From Candidatus Omnitrophota bacterium (GTDB lineage Bacteria; Ratteibacteria; UBA8468; MWAK01): a DNA stretch of 64,000 bases. The notes under the pieces were generated by a model. That model ran no database searches. It saw only the letters and a list, made by a program, of their open reading frames with translations, and was not told the DNA's origin. Position 1 is the stretch's first letter, and every line of letters begins with the position of its first letter. Shown in pieces: positions 63,975-64,000 of the stretch. A program made the translations under genes and the position numbers. The stretch lies in the NCBI GenBank assembly GCA_043826355.1, contig JBDRQI010000012.1, forward strand, positions 1 through 64,000, written 5' to 3'.

Positions 63975-64000
63975 TCCTCTTCCCTTGGGAGAGAGGATGA
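63975..64000. repeat. Family C element cut by the window end, upstream of rlmN
   Basis: tcctcttcccttgggagagaggatga. Confidence 0.6.

Noticed and set aside
1..64000. CRISPR array, tRNA, rRNA, integrase or transposase
   Set aside because: No regularly spaced repeat-spacer array, no cloverleaf with a T-loop motif and no recombinase/transposase motifs seen; the palindromes are dispersed, not arrayed.

Overview
64 kb of bacterial chromosome. Almost every gene lies on the minus strand with very short spacers. A DUF1559/H-X9-DG prepilin-like gene, many uncharacterised glycoside-hydrolase-like and TIM-barrel sugar epimerase genes, a corrinoid protein and a NikR-controlled ECF nickel importer suggest an anaerobic, saccharolytic diderm, possibly of the PVC/Omnitrophota-like lineages (inference). 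Housekeeping genes (thiL, argG/H, purN/M, gpsA, plsY, speB, lysA, trpFAB, cysE, valS, lepB, rlmN) are interleaved with carbohydrate-catabolic genes. The most striking signal is about 21 short palindromic REP-like elements of three families (GTAG-tagged, TGTC-tagged, CCCTCACC/GGGAGAGGG-type). Five sit in frame inside conserved enzymes (SpeB, LysA, ValS, RlmN, dehydrogenase E2), and seven genes end inside a repeat. The same element, 34/36 nt identical in its core, is translated in opposite orientations in speB and lysA. Other candidates: a 149-nt structured RNA/IR element with its own -10 box (57354-57502); two M24 paralogues lacking both metal-binding Asp residues in a decaying sugar-catabolic island; an mtlD + Zn-ADH + ThDP E1a/E1b/E2 cluster without E3; an outer-membrane barrel heading the nik operon, with direct-repeat NikR boxes; a probable ATA start for cbiQ/nikQ; leaderless promoters; and three pseudogene remnants. 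I saw no tRNA, rRNA, CRISPR array, integrase or transposase. All family calls come from motif recognition by eye, not database searches.
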